Positions 1 through 13,254 of a DNA stretch of 64,000 nucleotides are shown here, in pieces. The translations under genes and the position numbers were made by a program. A model generated the notes under the pieces. It was not told where the DNA came from and searched no databases. It was given only the letters and a program-made list of their open reading frames with translations. The DNA comes from Carcharhinus amblyrhynchos (Eukaryota). Position 1 is the stretch's first letter, and each line of letters begins with the position of its first letter. Location: contig OZ336897.1 of the NCBI GenBank assembly GCA_965287045.1, positions 5,890,001 to 5,954,000 on the forward strand, written 5' to 3'.

Positions 1-48
1 TTTCTGTTTTTGTTTCAGATTCCAGCATCCATAGTAATTTGCTTTTAT
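1..48 (+). mobile_element. 3' end of Penelope-like element terminal repeat (family B, cut by window edge)
   Basis: TTTCTGTTTTTGTTTCAGATTCCAGCATCC...TTGCTTTTAT matches the ends at 35151-35203 and 47025-47062. Confidence 0.55.
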
Positions 49-861
49 CCCCTCAGGCTTTTGCATGTTTCAATAAGGTCAGATTTCATTCTTCTAACTT
101 CCCATGGATAAACACTCAGCCCACCCACCCTCTCCTCATAAAAATAACCGTTCCCCCAGCCCAGATGTCATTGGGTGAACTTTCTCTGAATTGTTTCTAA
201 TGTGTTTATATCATCCTTAAAAAGTGGGATCAAAACTGTACACAATATTCCAGATGTAGTCTCATCAATACTCTATACAAATGTAATAAAACACCTTTAC
301 TTTTATATTCCTCTTCCGATTAACAACAATGTTCAATTTGCATTCCTAACTGCTTGCTGTACCTACATACAAACTTTTCCTGATTCATGTAACAGGACAG
401 CAAGATCCCTCTATAGGACAGAGTTCTGCCAGCTCTCTCCATTTAAATCATGCTGCTTTTCAACCTTCCTACCAAAATAGACAAGTTCACATTTTCCCAC
501 CTTATATTCCATCTGCCAATTGTTTGTCCAGTCATTTAACCTCTCTATATTCCTTTGCAGATTCCTTCAGACCTTTTCACAGCTTAACTTTCCTACCTGT
601 CTTTGCATCATCAGCAAATTTAGCAACTATATTTTGGTTCCTTCACCCATGTCATTGATATAAGTTGTAAATATTTGCAGACCCCAGTACTGATCCCTGT
701 GGCATTCCACTGGTCACACCTTGCCAACACAAAAATGGCCCATTTATGCCTATTCTCTGTTTCCTGTTAGCTAACCAAGCCTCTATACTAATAAGTTATT
801 CCCATCACCATGAACTCTTACTTTGTGTAGTAACTTTTGATGTGGCACCTTGTCACATGCC
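49..861 (-). mobile_element. Degenerate CR1/HER1-type LINE RT fragment
   Basis: Reverse strand shows decayed RT motifs (DKVPH, SGMPQGSVLG, KFADDAK) with stops and frameshifts. Confidence 0.85.
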
Positions 862-865
862 ATCA

Positions 866-1365
866 TAATGTACAAAAACAAAAAGGCCATTTTAAACTTA
901 CACAAATCAATGGTTAAATCTCAGTTTGAATATTATGCCCAGGTATGGGCACTTTACCATAGGAAACATGTCAATGCAATGGGCAGCATGCAGGAGAGAC
1001 CCACTAAAAGGATTGATGGATTGTAGTTATGAGGAAAAACTAGAGAACATTGAGCTTTTTTAGTAGAATAGTAAGTGTTAGGGAAGATATAAGAAAGTAA
1101 TTAAAATTATGTTTGACTTTAGGGAAAGCTATTTCCATTGGTTGATGAGTTGAGAATGAGAAATATAAATATCAGTCCTTCATGAAGGATTAGAAGTATT
1201 TCTTTTTTGTTCTAACAGAATAATGATGGAAATGGGTCCGTGAAAGCTTTTAAAAGGAGGTGGATAAATATTTTTAAAAAATATAATGACAAACGTTAAG
1301 TTCGTAGCAAGCTCTCCTGGAGAGTTAGTGCTGGCTAGATAAGATGAATAGTCCTCCCCTAGTGA
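866..1365 (+). mobile_element. Degenerate CR1 LINE 3' end
   Basis: Decayed YK..K..LNL.KS.V...EY..Q.W and SYEEKL motifs followed by a CR1-like tail; opposite orientation to the adjacent fragment. Confidence 0.7.
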
Positions 1366-4254
1366 TGATAATTTGAAGATTGTAATGGTCATGCTGGGAG
1401 ATGGTGGGGAGGACACCACAGGTCTTAAATATAAATATATCATATACTAATACACAGAAGTTTAAAAATACACTTAACATTGCAGCATATTGCCTGGACT
1501 AGAAATAATTGTTCGAATTGCTTGTACTTCTGTCTGATAGTTTATATCATTGAAATATGTCAAGCATGTTCTAGTCTTCAAGCACACTCCCTAGCCTTTC
1601 ACTGTGCAGAGGTATTGAAACACACCCTAGACATTTCAAGCACATGAAAAGAAATTCTGTTGTTGATGGATTCCAACTGCGCACCATGCAGTGACAGAGC
1701 AAACTGCAGTGCATGGAGGTATAATTTTACTGTTGTGTTTTCTCAGATAGTCAACAGGGATTACTCGCAACAAGGAAAAATAAAACTCAGTGAATGTATG
1801 TTGGTATTAATGATACTGATAATGTTGATAAAAGCATAGGAATGTGAGGATTTATAAAAGGGACAGAGAGTTTAGAAGCAAACAATATCATAAAGGATCG
1901 TGGTGTGTTGCTATTGCTGTTTGAATGAGATAGACTTTTCAACTCCATTGAGGGCTTGTTTACATTTGACAATGGATTTTTAGTAAGGGATTTGTTCTCC
2001 AACAAACAGTGCACACCTGACATGAATTTTATTCAATTTTTAACCATCGCTTGATTTCTTGACAGCTCTCTCCACTCCTCTGCTGAAGATACTGATTATG
2101 GTCAGATATAGTTACATAGACAAAAACTGCCTTCTACATCTCCTTGTGAATGTTTGAAGACTATTTATGATTCAGACATTACAGCTATCCAGTCCTTACT
2201 TGACATCCACAAAGAGCAGGACCACGGTTGCATCAATCAGGAATGGATCTCGTCCTACTATAGGGGCACTGAAATCAGCTATGGCACTCTTTTGCCACCC
2301 AGATTGAAGTGAATGAATACTATTCAATCCAGGAACCATCAGTTTTTACCCCAATTTTCTATCTCTTCTATGCCTTTTCCTGCCTCTGAATGGTGGAGCA
2401 GATACTTATATTTTGATTGTCATAGTTATGTGCTTTGGATAGCTGTTAGGAGTCTTTTTTCCTGGTTTCTTCAGGACAAAATCCGTGCCATTTTCACCAT
2501 AGAAGTGGATCACCACTCAATACTTAACATGTGCAAACCAAAACTACATCCTTTCACTGCATGATGCCGCTTGTTGGCATTCCAAAACTCAATGTATTGG
2601 CCTTAACATTTGTAACTGAGCAAGGTGATGATCTGTATATCTGGAAATGTTCCGTGGAATATAAAATGAAGTAAAGTGGCCCATTTACTCACAAGCAGTA
2701 ACATCAATTTGTTTGAATTCTGTGAAGGTTCAGAGGGAAGAATGGCTTTAAACAGCATACCATTATTTACACTGATAGTTGCTTGCAGCTTGTGAATTGC
2801 TGCTCATTGGATTCTGGGTTTAAAGTTGGCTGTCAATCTGAGGATTTGTACCAGGCTGGTGTGAATAGATTATTCTAAATCTGTCATTCTTAGCTCTAAA
2901 AGGAATGAATGCGGCTGATAACCCAACACTGCCTACTGTGTGCCTGAACTGATTCAAGACTGAGGCTGGTGAAAGTGCTGTGAAAGCACATTCAATGTGG
3001 ATCACTAGGATTATCCTGATCAAAACTGTACTTTCTTGCCAGCAGTACTAGTTTCATTGTGCTGAGTCCAACTTTACTTTCTGGCCCCTCACAGCGACAT
3101 TTTAAACATACCTTCCCACAGACTCAGACTCCAATCCTTTTTTAACTTGAAAATGTATTCAGAATATTGATTTATCCCAACCTCAACTTTCAGATGCGCC
3201 ACAAACACCTCTAATTGTCTTGTACCCCTTCCAGTTAGCAATGGGGAACAGTCTGCATCACTTGGATATTCCCTCGGATGTTGTCCGACATTTCCTGAAT
3301 TAATCATGTTTTCAGCAGTGCTTAAAGCTGTGGTTGGCAGGAGTTGTGGCTGGTGAAATTTTACTATTGCAAACAAACCTTGCTTGTCCATAACATGAAC
3401 AGCATCCTAAGCACATTTTGGTATGTTGTAGCTTTTTATAAGTCTAATGTTTATTGTGTATATGGTCAGGATTTACTGTAAATATTACTTCTGGCACTCT
3501 CTCGCCTGCAATCTTCCCTGCAAATTCAGGGCCAATATAAATCACAAGTGACTATCTAGTGTTGAAATAAAAAGAAAGTGGCTACAGCCGAGCAGACATT
3601 TTCTTTTCCATTTGGGATGCTGGAAAACACAGGGTGGTTTAATAATACAATTCCTCCTACTGTTCCACTTCTTAACAGAGTTGTGGTGGGATGCACACTG
3701 CACTTTGCTGAGTGCTGTTATGGTATTTCACCCTTCGCTGTTTCTCTTTGCCCACCCATGATTACTTTATTTCAAAATTACATGAAACTACAAGAAAAGA
3801 CTTAAGCCAGACACGTCACTTCAGTCTAAAATATAAACTTTTTATGCCTTTGATTGGGACTTCAATGATCTGTGTTTGAATGTACTGCAGTGTTCAATTT
3901 ATTTCAGAATTCAGTCATTTAATTTGTTCAAACAGCACAACAGTTGTGAACTGTTTTTGAGTTTATAATATTCACTGTAACACTTTTGAAAAGTGTTGCT
4001 GCACCTCCCACCACGCATTGTCACCTCTAATCCACTGGATAGAATCATCAAGGAGTCATGTAGGTAAGGTGAGATCATGAAAATGTACCAAATATAAATC
4101 TGTTAAATCATATACCCAACTTAATTTATGTCTTGTAACACCCTATTGCCCTGATCTTTACTAGAATGGTATTTACATGGGTTGATTCACAATCCTGAGG
4201 GACTTTGAAATGTAAGAACTTTTAAAAGCAGTAAAAGGCCAATAAGACCAACAT

Positions 4255-4406
4255 AAAGTCAAAGTTTAAAGTTTATTTATTAGTGTCACAAGTAGGCTTA
4301 CATTAACATTGCAATGAAGTTATTGTGAAAATCCCCTAGTCGCCACATTCCGGCACCTATTCGGATATGCTGAGTGAGAATTTAGCATGGCCAATACACC
4401 TAACCA
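4255..4406 (-). mobile_element. 3' part of HE1-type SINE with alternative tail
   Basis: Reverse complement of the tail at 10240-10340 and 51505-51590 (CTAGGGGATTTTCAC...CTTGTGACACTAATAAATAAACTTT). Confidence 0.8.
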
Positions 4407-4447
4407 TATCTGTATTTTTATAGACCTCAACTCCACAATTCACTTGG

Positions 4448-4545
4448 AAAGAAAGACTTGCATTCATATAGAAACTTTCACAATCTCAGGATGTCCCAAA
4501 GTGGTATACAGCTACTTTTGAGGTGTAGTCACTGATATAATGGAT
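4448..4545 (-). mobile_element. SacSINE1/Deu-SINE-like 3' tail
   Basis: AAAGAAAGACTTGCATTCATATAG...CAGGATGTCCCAAAG...TTTTGAGGTGTAGTCACTG resembles the recalled consensus tail. Confidence 0.6.
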
Positions 4546-6774
4546 GACAATCAGCAACATGCCTCAAACTCGTTCTGTCCCTAAGTACATCTAATTGTCT
4601 TAAGATTTTCTATCTGCCCAAATCGCCATCCTTGGTAATACATTTTCCAACTGTGTTCATTTGATTAAAAAAGGCACCAAATAACTTTAGTTAGCAATTC
4701 TAATTTCCTCATCTTTAACTCCTGCCCTTTAACATTTTACTTACTTGAATATCAGGCAGCTTTGAAACATCAATTTGTCAAGTGTATAAAAACAAGCTGG
4801 GAATAAAGATATTGAAAGGAACAATTAAAAGTTGAGAGAGACAAGGAAAAAATGAAAAATGTGTCAGAGAAAAATAACGATGAATTGAAAAAGGCAAACG
4901 TATTTATAAAGTTGAATCTGTTTGTAATGATTAGCAAACAGGATGCTCAAATTGGATTTCCCAAACCCAGTTTATTTGTATTTTTTTTTGGATTGTCTAC
5001 CAAGTATATTCACCAACATTGTGCTGGTTTCCCCTTTTCCACCTCATTGTTTTCCTTCTATATTCAACTCTACAAAACTGATTAATTAGTCATTCAGGGT
5101 CTTCTCTTTAATTTGCTCTTCAGCTCCTTAAAATGCTAGTTTTGAGCTAAAAGTGAATGAAATAAAACAGATCTCAGATATTAACAATACTAGCTTTCTA
5201 AGCAGTGTAGTAGTTAGGAGAGACCGAGTCGCTATTTAATTTGTCACTCAGCATTACAGTTCACAACAGGGAATGCCAATACTGATCAATGGATTGTAGT
5301 TCTTATTGTACAACTCAATCTTCAAAACTAACTTAGACAATGGCAACACATTTAATAATCAAGAAAAGATATACAGGCATCTGTATTTTCTCTATTGAAT
5401 AATCAAATGAGCAGAATTTTGGTTTTTCTAGAGTGAGATGTGTCTCAGCCTGTGAACTGCTCTTGAGTTCAAACCCATGCACTCAGCTCTGTAACTCCAG
5501 TGGAGCTCACTTTTCATTAACGTTCTGATGTTTGGTTTACAGATAACATCCTTTGATTCAGAATCACAGCTGACCTGCTACTTCATGATGTTAGGAGTAT
5601 TATAGCGTTCCATGCAACACTGGGTTTGCCAGTATGGTCAAACGGGAGTAAAGGCATCAAATGCGATACAGCATACAACTGGTGAAAAGTAATGAGAAAT
5701 CTAGATAAGGGGCGTGTACTGAAAGTGCAGAATAACATCATATTTAACTAAAGTATGAGATTTGTCTATACCTTGACACACTGAAGCAACTGGATCTAGG
5801 TCAAACTACATCCTGTCACTGCAAAGGAAATAACTTGGATTTATTTGTATATGAAACAGATTTTCTAACTTATTTGTGAGTTCTACAATACCTGCAGCAC
5901 AGCACCTGTTTTCTAATAGCAACAGCAACTAAATAAGAACAACCAGTTCTAAGTTTCAGGCCAAAATGTTCCATTCAATCCCCATTACCAAAACAGGTTA
6001 ACCGGTGTTTTATCCACTCTTCTGTCTGTGGGTCCTTAGTATGAATAGATTGCTTGCTGCACATGGCAGCACAACAACCCTGATTATGTTTCAAAAATAC
6101 TTCTTCGGTTGGAAAACAATTTGATATATTTTGAAGATATGAAATCTGCTATATATAAGAAATTTTGTTTTTTTACTGCCTATCCTGTGTCTCATTTCTT
6201 TCCCTCCCTTGTTTGCTATCTTTCTTCTCATTCCCTCCTCTGCATACCTCACTCCATTGAAGTTTTGTTGACTTGCGACCAAAGCTGGAAAGAAAATCCC
6301 ATATCTATGGTTCATGTGCTCTTGGGTCATCATTGTCATCTGTGGAGGTTGAAGGAAGCTCTGTAGACAAATATTCTGGACCTTGTGCAGATACTGTTAA
6401 GAATAGGGGGAGGGAAGTGCTTGGATGGAGAGACTGTCATCCATGATAGGACAGATTGCGATGGGCTGTGGAAGGAAATTAAATGTGTGGGTAGAGTCCA
6501 GTGTCAAGTACATTATACATGGTTCACTGAAGGAATAGGATGATTGACACAATGGCATTCATGTGTTTTCCAATTTTTTTTACTGCACTGTGGAGTAAAG
6601 GTGAAAGCTATAATTTACAGGGATGAAAATGTAAAATGGCTAGTACGTATGCATGAATGACTAAGCACCATGGGAGACAATATTTGAAATAAACTTATTC
6701 AGAATTTGAGCACATTTGAATTTGATCTTGATTTCTATTCAATGATCTAGCCATCACTTTGGTTGATAACACAA

Positions 6775-7100
6775 AGATAAGTTTAGACGATAGGCCATTT
6801 GTCCCATCTAGCGCATCCTTCAATTGAAATCTCTAATCTTTCATCAAACCATTCAGATTTTTACTTCCATTATCCTATTTGGAGATCATTCATGTATTGA
6901 TCATTCGGTATGGAGAAATATTTTGTGATATGATCCCTTAATTTGCAGATTTTCAAATATGTTCCCCTGTTACATTTTCTGCAGTTGTGATGTAAATTTA
7001 AACAGAGTTTTTGATTTTTTTTGACTGTGCTTGGTGTTTTATGAACTACTTTGTGAGTTTCCCTCAGTACTTTTCCTTTATAAACAAAAGGATTAAGTTC
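6775..7100 (-). mobile_element. Highly degenerate CR1 3' fragment
   Basis: AGGCCATTTGTCCCATC tail motif with decayed CR1-like body. Confidence 0.4.
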
Positions 7101-7153
7101 TACTTTGAAGTGAAAAAAAATTGCAGTGATTGGGTAACAGTATTCAATCCTAA

Positions 7154-7458
7154 GGTTAGCGCTGCTGCCTCACAGGGCCAGGGACCCGGGTTCGAGGCCT
7201 GGCTTAGGTCACTGTCTGTGCAGAGTCTGCACATTCTCCCATGTCTGTGTGGATTTCCTCCAGGTGGTCTGGTTTCCTCCCACAGTCCAAAGATGTGCGG
7301 GTTAGGTGGATTGGCCATGCTAGATTGCCCATTAGTGTCAGGGAGATGAGCTAGGTAAATACATGGGATTGTGGGGATAGGGCCTGGGTGGGATTGTTCT
7401 TGGTGCAGACTCAATTGTCCAAATGGCCTCCTTCTGCACTGTGGGATTCTATGATTCT
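7154..7458 (+). mobile_element. HE1 SINE (V-SINE)
   Basis: tRNA-like head (GGTTAGCGCTGCTGCCTCACAG...GGGTTCGA), V-domain GGTTTCCTCCCACAGTCCAAAGATGTGCGGGTTAGG, tail ATGGCCTCCTTCTGCACTGT...ATTCTATGATTCTA. Confidence 0.9.
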
Positions 7459-7494
7459 AATGTTTATAGTGCATATATTGAATGGAAGAAGACT

Positions 7495-8110
7495 TATCCA
7501 TGGGATGTGAGTTTCACTTGCAAGGCTAGCATATACTATCCATGCTTAATTATCCTTGGGAAGTTGATGGTGAGCTTCCTTCTTGAACCACACCAGTCCA
7601 TGTTGTGGAGGTTCAGTAAAAATGCTGTTAGGGAAGAGTTTCAGGAGTTTGACGCAGTGACAATGAAAGAATGGCAATATAGTTCCTAGGTTGGCAGGAT
7701 GATATATAACATTGTGTGTGTGTGTGTATGTGGGTGGGTGGGGATGGTGGTTGTAGGTTGCCCTTGTTTTTCTAAATGGTTGAGATCGCAGGTTTGGAAC
7801 GTGCTGCCAAAGGAGCTTCGGCCTCCACTTTTCCATAGCAGTTAGAGCCAACCACATTGCTGTGGGCCTGGGCTTACATGTAGTCCAGACTAGGTACAAG
7901 TAGCAGACTTCCTTCCCTGAAGGACAAAGATGAACCTACTGGAGTTTTCACCACAATCTGGTCGGTTTATAATCATGATTATTGAGATTGTTTTTTTTTA
8001 TTTGAGATCTATTAATAAGTTGAATGTAAATTCCCCCCAAGTTGCCCTGATGTGATTCGTACCCAGGTCTCTGGGGCATCACTCCCCATCTGTGGATTTC
8101 TGGTGCAGAG
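7495..8110 (-). mobile_element. Degenerate LINE 3' end plus SINE remnant
   Basis: Similar to the reverse complement of 61100-61355 and to the SINE at 10808-11180 (CAACCACATTGCTGTGGG...). Confidence 0.55.
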
Positions 8111-8416
8111 GTGAGAAAGAATGAGTTATGGTAGTAGGTTATGCACTGAAGGGTGAATTCAACATAGACTGCAGGGAAGAAAAAAACATGTATATTGGTA
8201 GATTGGGAGCTTCTATTGTTTCACTGAAGATTGGGCACAATCCATGAGGTACAGTCATTTCCAGATGATAAGATGCAGAAAGAAAATTAAATAAAATCAA
8301 GGTGGGGACTGAGGCAGTGGTACAGGACTTCGCAAAAGTGATCCCGACACTTCCATCTCCCTCACATCTTTTCTCTCTTGTTCCTCTTCTATTCTACCTC
8401 TTTCTTCCCCTTCCCC

Positions 8417-8575
8417 ATGATATAAAGATGCCGGCTTTGGACTGGGATAAACACAGTAAGAAGTCTCACAACACCAGGTTAAAGCCCAACAGGTTTATTT
8501 GGTAGCACAAGTCATTAGCTTTCCCAGCTCTGCTCCATCAGCAGGTGAGTGGGATTTCAGTTCACAAACAGGGCA
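8417..8575 (-). mobile_element. Penelope-like terminal fragment (family A) with degenerate hammerhead core
   Basis: GATGCCGGCTTTGGACTGGG...CACAGTAAGAAGTCTCACAACACCAGG is the reverse complement of the 19920-20116 and 56976-57108 family; minus strand has CAC-CTGCTGA...GAAAGCTA. Confidence 0.75.
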
Positions 8576-10057
8576 CCGCATCCACACAGGGGATGGAAAT
8601 AGAGATAGGTAGGATTTAGAATTCCCAACACAGTTGTTTATCCAACTCCTTGATTCTGAGTGTGATAGACTCAGCAGCATTCAGGAGGGCTGGGAACGGG
8701 GTAGTTTGTTCCTGCAAACCGAATGGGGCTTCGCTCTGCCTGGACTCCGCAATATTTGGGAGGCATTACCTCAAGAGTGGTGGGTGGAACGGGGGATTTT
8801 CGTTGGATGACGCCACATTTTAGGATACAGGTCTTGTCGCACATGGGATTATCCGCAGTTGGGAGATGAGAATGTTGGCGCTGTGGTCTCCTGGAACTCC
8901 CAGGGTAGCTCCTGGTTTTCATAGATCGACGGATATCTGCCTGTTTCCCTTCTCATGCTCAGTTGTGCTTTACTTCTCTCGCTAAACTGAAGGACTCTGT
9001 GCCCTCTGAAAATGGAGTTCTGCTCACAGATTCCGGAGTCAGATATATATATTGAATCTGAAACTTACATTGTTTCTTTAAAAAAAATCAAATGGCTTCA
9101 CTGGAGAAGACTGCAGCCACCGAAGTATGGAAGTAGCTTGATGCACATTGAAACTCAGCATTGATACAAAAATATTTTGGAACGAAGCACAAAATGCAGA
9201 GTTGCTGCCGGATGAAGGGAGTAACGATTGAATTGGTTGAGGAGTGTGCAGAACCTAAGCCAACTCAGCAATTTGTTCGAGCCACCCTTGCAGACATCCC
9301 GGTTCGCTCCAGCAAGAGTTAGCAGTGTCTGGGGAGTTGATCTGTTCCTGTTGGAGGAGGTTGGCTGCGGTTGGAGCAGATGGCTGGGGGATTTGCAATG
9401 TTCAGGGCGGCGTGAGGTGTTTTGCAGATTAAGAGGGTGTTTCTCACAGGAGTTGGGCGCCTTTGTTCCGCAGTGAAGTTTCCCTCAATTTAGTTCAATG
9501 CGATCGACGGTAATAGGCTGGGGGAACAAATCTCTTTCTGTACCTGATGGACGGGCCTTGAACGCTGTTTAGACATTGATGGTTCAAATCCTTCTCCGAG
9601 AGCTTTGCATTTCAAAAGGAAAGGACAGTCTGAGACTGGAATTTCCTCTTTTAAATCTTACTTCTGCTTGTTATTGATTTTATAGGGCCAAAATGGAGAA
9701 GATTGAAGAGCGTTTGATACCGTTTGAGCTTTCAATTAAACCAGGTTATAAATAGTGGCTGTTAGCTGCTGTTTTTTAGCGGTCCGTTAGAATTTCTCAT
9801 GAAATTTATCTTTGTGAGAGAACCATTCGTATTGATGCGCGACTGTTAGACTTGCATTTGCGTCTTTTAAAAAAAACAAGTCAAGACTTTCAATCTGTGA
9901 CTTCAACGGGTACACCTTTTGGTAAAAAGAATGATGTGCCTTCTTGTACTAAAATATGAGTACAAATTCTCTGCAAAAATGGTTGTGACTTTTGCTCCAG
10001 AACAGCGATTGCCTTAAAAGGTAATTCCACATTGTGAATTGCTTTTCTATATTTCTG

Positions 10058-10340
10058 ACGGTGACACCATGGTTCGCACCGCTGCTTCATAGCACTAGGG
10101 ACCCCGGGTTCGATTTCCCCGCTTGCATTACTGTCTGTGTGGAGTCAGCACGTCCCCCACATTTCTGCGTGGGTTTCCTCCGGGTGCTCTGGTTTCCTCC
10201 CACAATCCGAAAAACGTACTGGTTATTCTCCGTCAGTGTACCCGAACAGGTGCTGGAGTGTGGTGACTAGGGGATTTTCACAGTAACTTAATTGCAGTGT
10301 GAATGTAAGCATACTTGTGACACTAATAAATAAACTTTAA
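10058..10340 (+). mobile_element. HE1-type SINE with alternative tail
   Basis: HE1 head and V-domain, then GGAGTGTGGTGACTAGGGGATTTTCACAGTAAC...CTAATAAATAAACTTT. Confidence 0.85.
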
Positions 10341-10745
10341 ACATCCAGGACAAATTAGCTGCTTGATTGGCACCTCATCCACCATCATAAACATTCTGTC
10401 CCTCCACCACAGAAGCACAATAGCTGCTGATGTACCATCTGCAAGCTGCACTACAGTAATTCACCAAGACGCCTTCAACAGCACCTTCCAAACCCATGAC
10501 TGCTACCACCTAGAAGGACCAGGGCAGCAGATGAATGGGAATGCCACCATCAGCAAGTTCCCCTCTCAGCTACTCACCATCCTAACTTGCTGTTTCTTCA
10601 CCTTCACTAGTCAAAATCCACCCTAACAGCGCTGTGGGTGTCCCAATGAAGTAGTTTGGTGCAGTCTGCACAAGGACAATTAGTGATGGGTAATAAATGC
10701 TGGTCTAGCAGCTGCATCCATATCCCATAAATGATTTTTTTAAAA
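10341..10745 (+). mobile_element. CR1/L2-group LINE 3' end
   Basis: Colinear with 60900-61355 (IQDK.A.LIG; CAGCACCTTCCAAACCCA; AATAAATGCTGG). Confidence 0.8.
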
Positions 10746-10807
10746 TTGTGGTGATGTATGACTTGGAGGTGATGGTGTTCCCATCTACAATAATAACTGT
10801 GCGGATA

Positions 10808-11180
10808 ATTTTTTATTCATTCGTGGGACATGGGCATCCCTGGCTGGCCAGCTGTTATTGCTCATCGGTACTTACTCTCGAACTGTGGCTTGGTAGGCCA
10901 ATTCAGAAGAAAGCTCAGAATCAACCACATCGCTGTGATTCTGGGGTCACGTGTAGGCCAGACCCGGTAAGGACGGCAGATTTTCTTCTCTCGCCTTCCA
11001 ACAACAATCGACAATTTTTATTCAAATTCCACCGTCTGCAGTGGCAGGATTTGAACCCTGGTCCCCAGAACTGTGTTTACCCCAGTCCAACGCCGGCATA
11101 TCCACATCATGATCCCAGAACATTACCTGAGTTTCTGGATTAATAGAGTAACGGTAACACCACTAGGTCTTTGCCTTCCC
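10808..11180 (-). mobile_element. tRNA-derived SINE sharing its 3' tail with the adjacent LINE family; contains a nested Penelope-like fragment
   Basis: Minus-strand B-box-like GGGTTCAAATCC at 11047-11058; tail matches the LINE end at 61300-61350. Confidence 0.65.
11072..11113 (+). mobile_element. ~40-bp 3'-terminal Penelope-like (family A) insertion with 8-bp TSD
   Basis: TGTGTTTACCCCAGTCCAACGCCGGCATATCCACATCA flanked by CCCAGAAC at 11064-11071 and 11114-11121. Confidence 0.8.
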
Positions 11181-12421
11181 ATTAACGGGCTACCTGTTTT
11201 GGAAGGTGCTTCCTAAATGATCAGCGGAGAAACTGCCATACAAGTTTCCTACAAGGCTCCACAGCTGTGAATAAAAGCGAGAGTAAAATTGTTATGTTGA
11301 CGAATGATCTGCAATTCAATAGCTTCTTAGTGTCCGAACAGGATTGTTATGACATCATAAAGATGCAACAGTTGCTTCAATGTATTTCCATGTAATTAAA
11401 ACTAGCATTAATTAATATAGTGGCAATTTACAAATACATTTGAGTATGGAATCTTAATATGTAATAGAAAATAATGCTAAATGGAGGAATGGCGGAGCAA
11501 TAGTGTTTATTCCGTAAAGGGGGTGCCATTGTTTCTCTGTTTAAGTTGCGATTCGTCAAATGCATTATATATTTTTCTGTCTACTGGAGTTTTAGCAACA
11601 ATTAATGCATCGGGGAGACTTTAAATGCGGGTCAATGCATCATATGAGCTAACCCTATTCTGAAAGAAAACAACAGGATGGCGAAGCTATGGTGCTGCCT
11701 TGCTGAATAACCTTTTTAAATTAGGAAAGGGAATGCAATTCATTGATTTGTCCGCAAAGCCAAACATTGCTATTCTACGTAGAATATCGGGAAATAGTCA
11801 TGACACACACTGCAAATGTAATGATGTTCATTGTAAGAAAGAGCAATCACAGAACGTCAGTTCCTGACTAGGGTTGTGGATAGTGAGTAAGTAAGGAGTA
11901 TCACACTGGGTGTTAAACACCAGTGTGGCCATCGGATCTGTGATGAAACAGATTAGCCACATTGGAATTGTTGGGTTTAGGAAAAGTGCATTCATTGTGG
12001 CAACACCTTAACATTACAGGTTGCGAGATCTTCCGCATCAGAGCAAGTCTTCAACAACAGTAAACGGAAATCATGTTTTGTATTGTTATTGTAGCTAAAG
12101 AGGAGGCGGAGGTGGAGCGGGGGGAGGGTGCAGACGCCCCAGCAGCAACTGCAGGAAGGGCAGGGGAGGTGGCTGAAGTCGCGGGCGTCAAACACTTGGG
12201 GTTTGAGAAATATGGCAAGAGGATGGAGTTGAAGAGGAGAATTCTGGAGAGCGGAATGGGATCTACAGCCGTACTGTGCCCAGGCTCTTCAATGGGAAAT
12301 TTAGACCTGTGCCGGGAAACAGGGGATGTGGGATATTGGCATCGTTGTACTTAGCATTCACGGCCCAAATCGGAAGCCCCAAATGCGCTAATTTGCAAAA
12401 TTAAACCATAATAACAGGTAT

Positions 12422-12586
12422 CGCCCCACTTGAAATCTGAGTGTCCTTCAGTGTGTGTCCTCTGTGTGCACTGTTGCAAAGTATTCACACAATGAAAAGG
12501 TTCATTGATAAGATTGCGGTGAATGATGCAGCAGGTTGCTTGCTGGACTCGGGGATAAAGACCTCATTAAAGCACAAGGCGAGATC
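12422..12586. repeat. Unique segment duplicated into the HE1 at 13312-13467
   Basis: Hand alignment: about 11 substitutions plus one 9-bp indel. Confidence 0.95.
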
Positions 12587-13085
12587 TTTAATTAGCTCAC
12601 AACTCCCTATGCAAGCATAAATCCTAGTGGACAGTTACCATTTATTGGCTGTAGTCAGTCAATCTGTTCAATGAAAATCAAACTTCATTTGCATCAACGG
12701 AGAACTCACTTTCCTGCCGATTGTTTCCTTCATTCACAGTCATTTATAAAAAAAACACGAAGGCAGTGCTCTGGCTAAATGTGCAAACCAACTCATGTAG
12801 AGGATTGATGCAAATCTATGAATTTCAGCTCCTTTACCCCCGAATATATTCAAGCAGAAACACTCAACTGACGAACACTTGTATATAGTTGCAAGGAAGA
12901 GGGGCCTGTGTGATGTTGCAAGGAGGATAATATAGCATTCAGCAGATATCCAGATAACAAATCCATGCAGTGGTATTCTGTATTGATGAAACCGATTTAA
13001 ATTTAATCAAAACTAGAACAAAGTTTAAATTCGCAGGTTACAGTAGTACTCCTTTCAAACTCTTCTTGTGGTTGTTTCCACACTT

Positions 13086-13252
13086 AAACATAGAAACATA
13101 GAAGATAGGAGCAAGAAGAGGCCATTTGGTCCTTCGAGCCTGCTTCGCCATTCATCGAGATAATCGGTCCAACGCAGTAGCCTAATCTGCTTTTTCCCCA
13201 CAACCTTTGATCCCATTCGCCCCAAGTGCTACATCCAGCCGCCTCTTGAATA
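13086..13252 (-). mobile_element. CR1/HER1 3' tail
   Basis: AAACATAGAAACATAG repeats, GAGGCCATTTGGTCCTTCGAGCCTGC. Confidence 0.8.
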
Positions 13253-13254
13253 AA

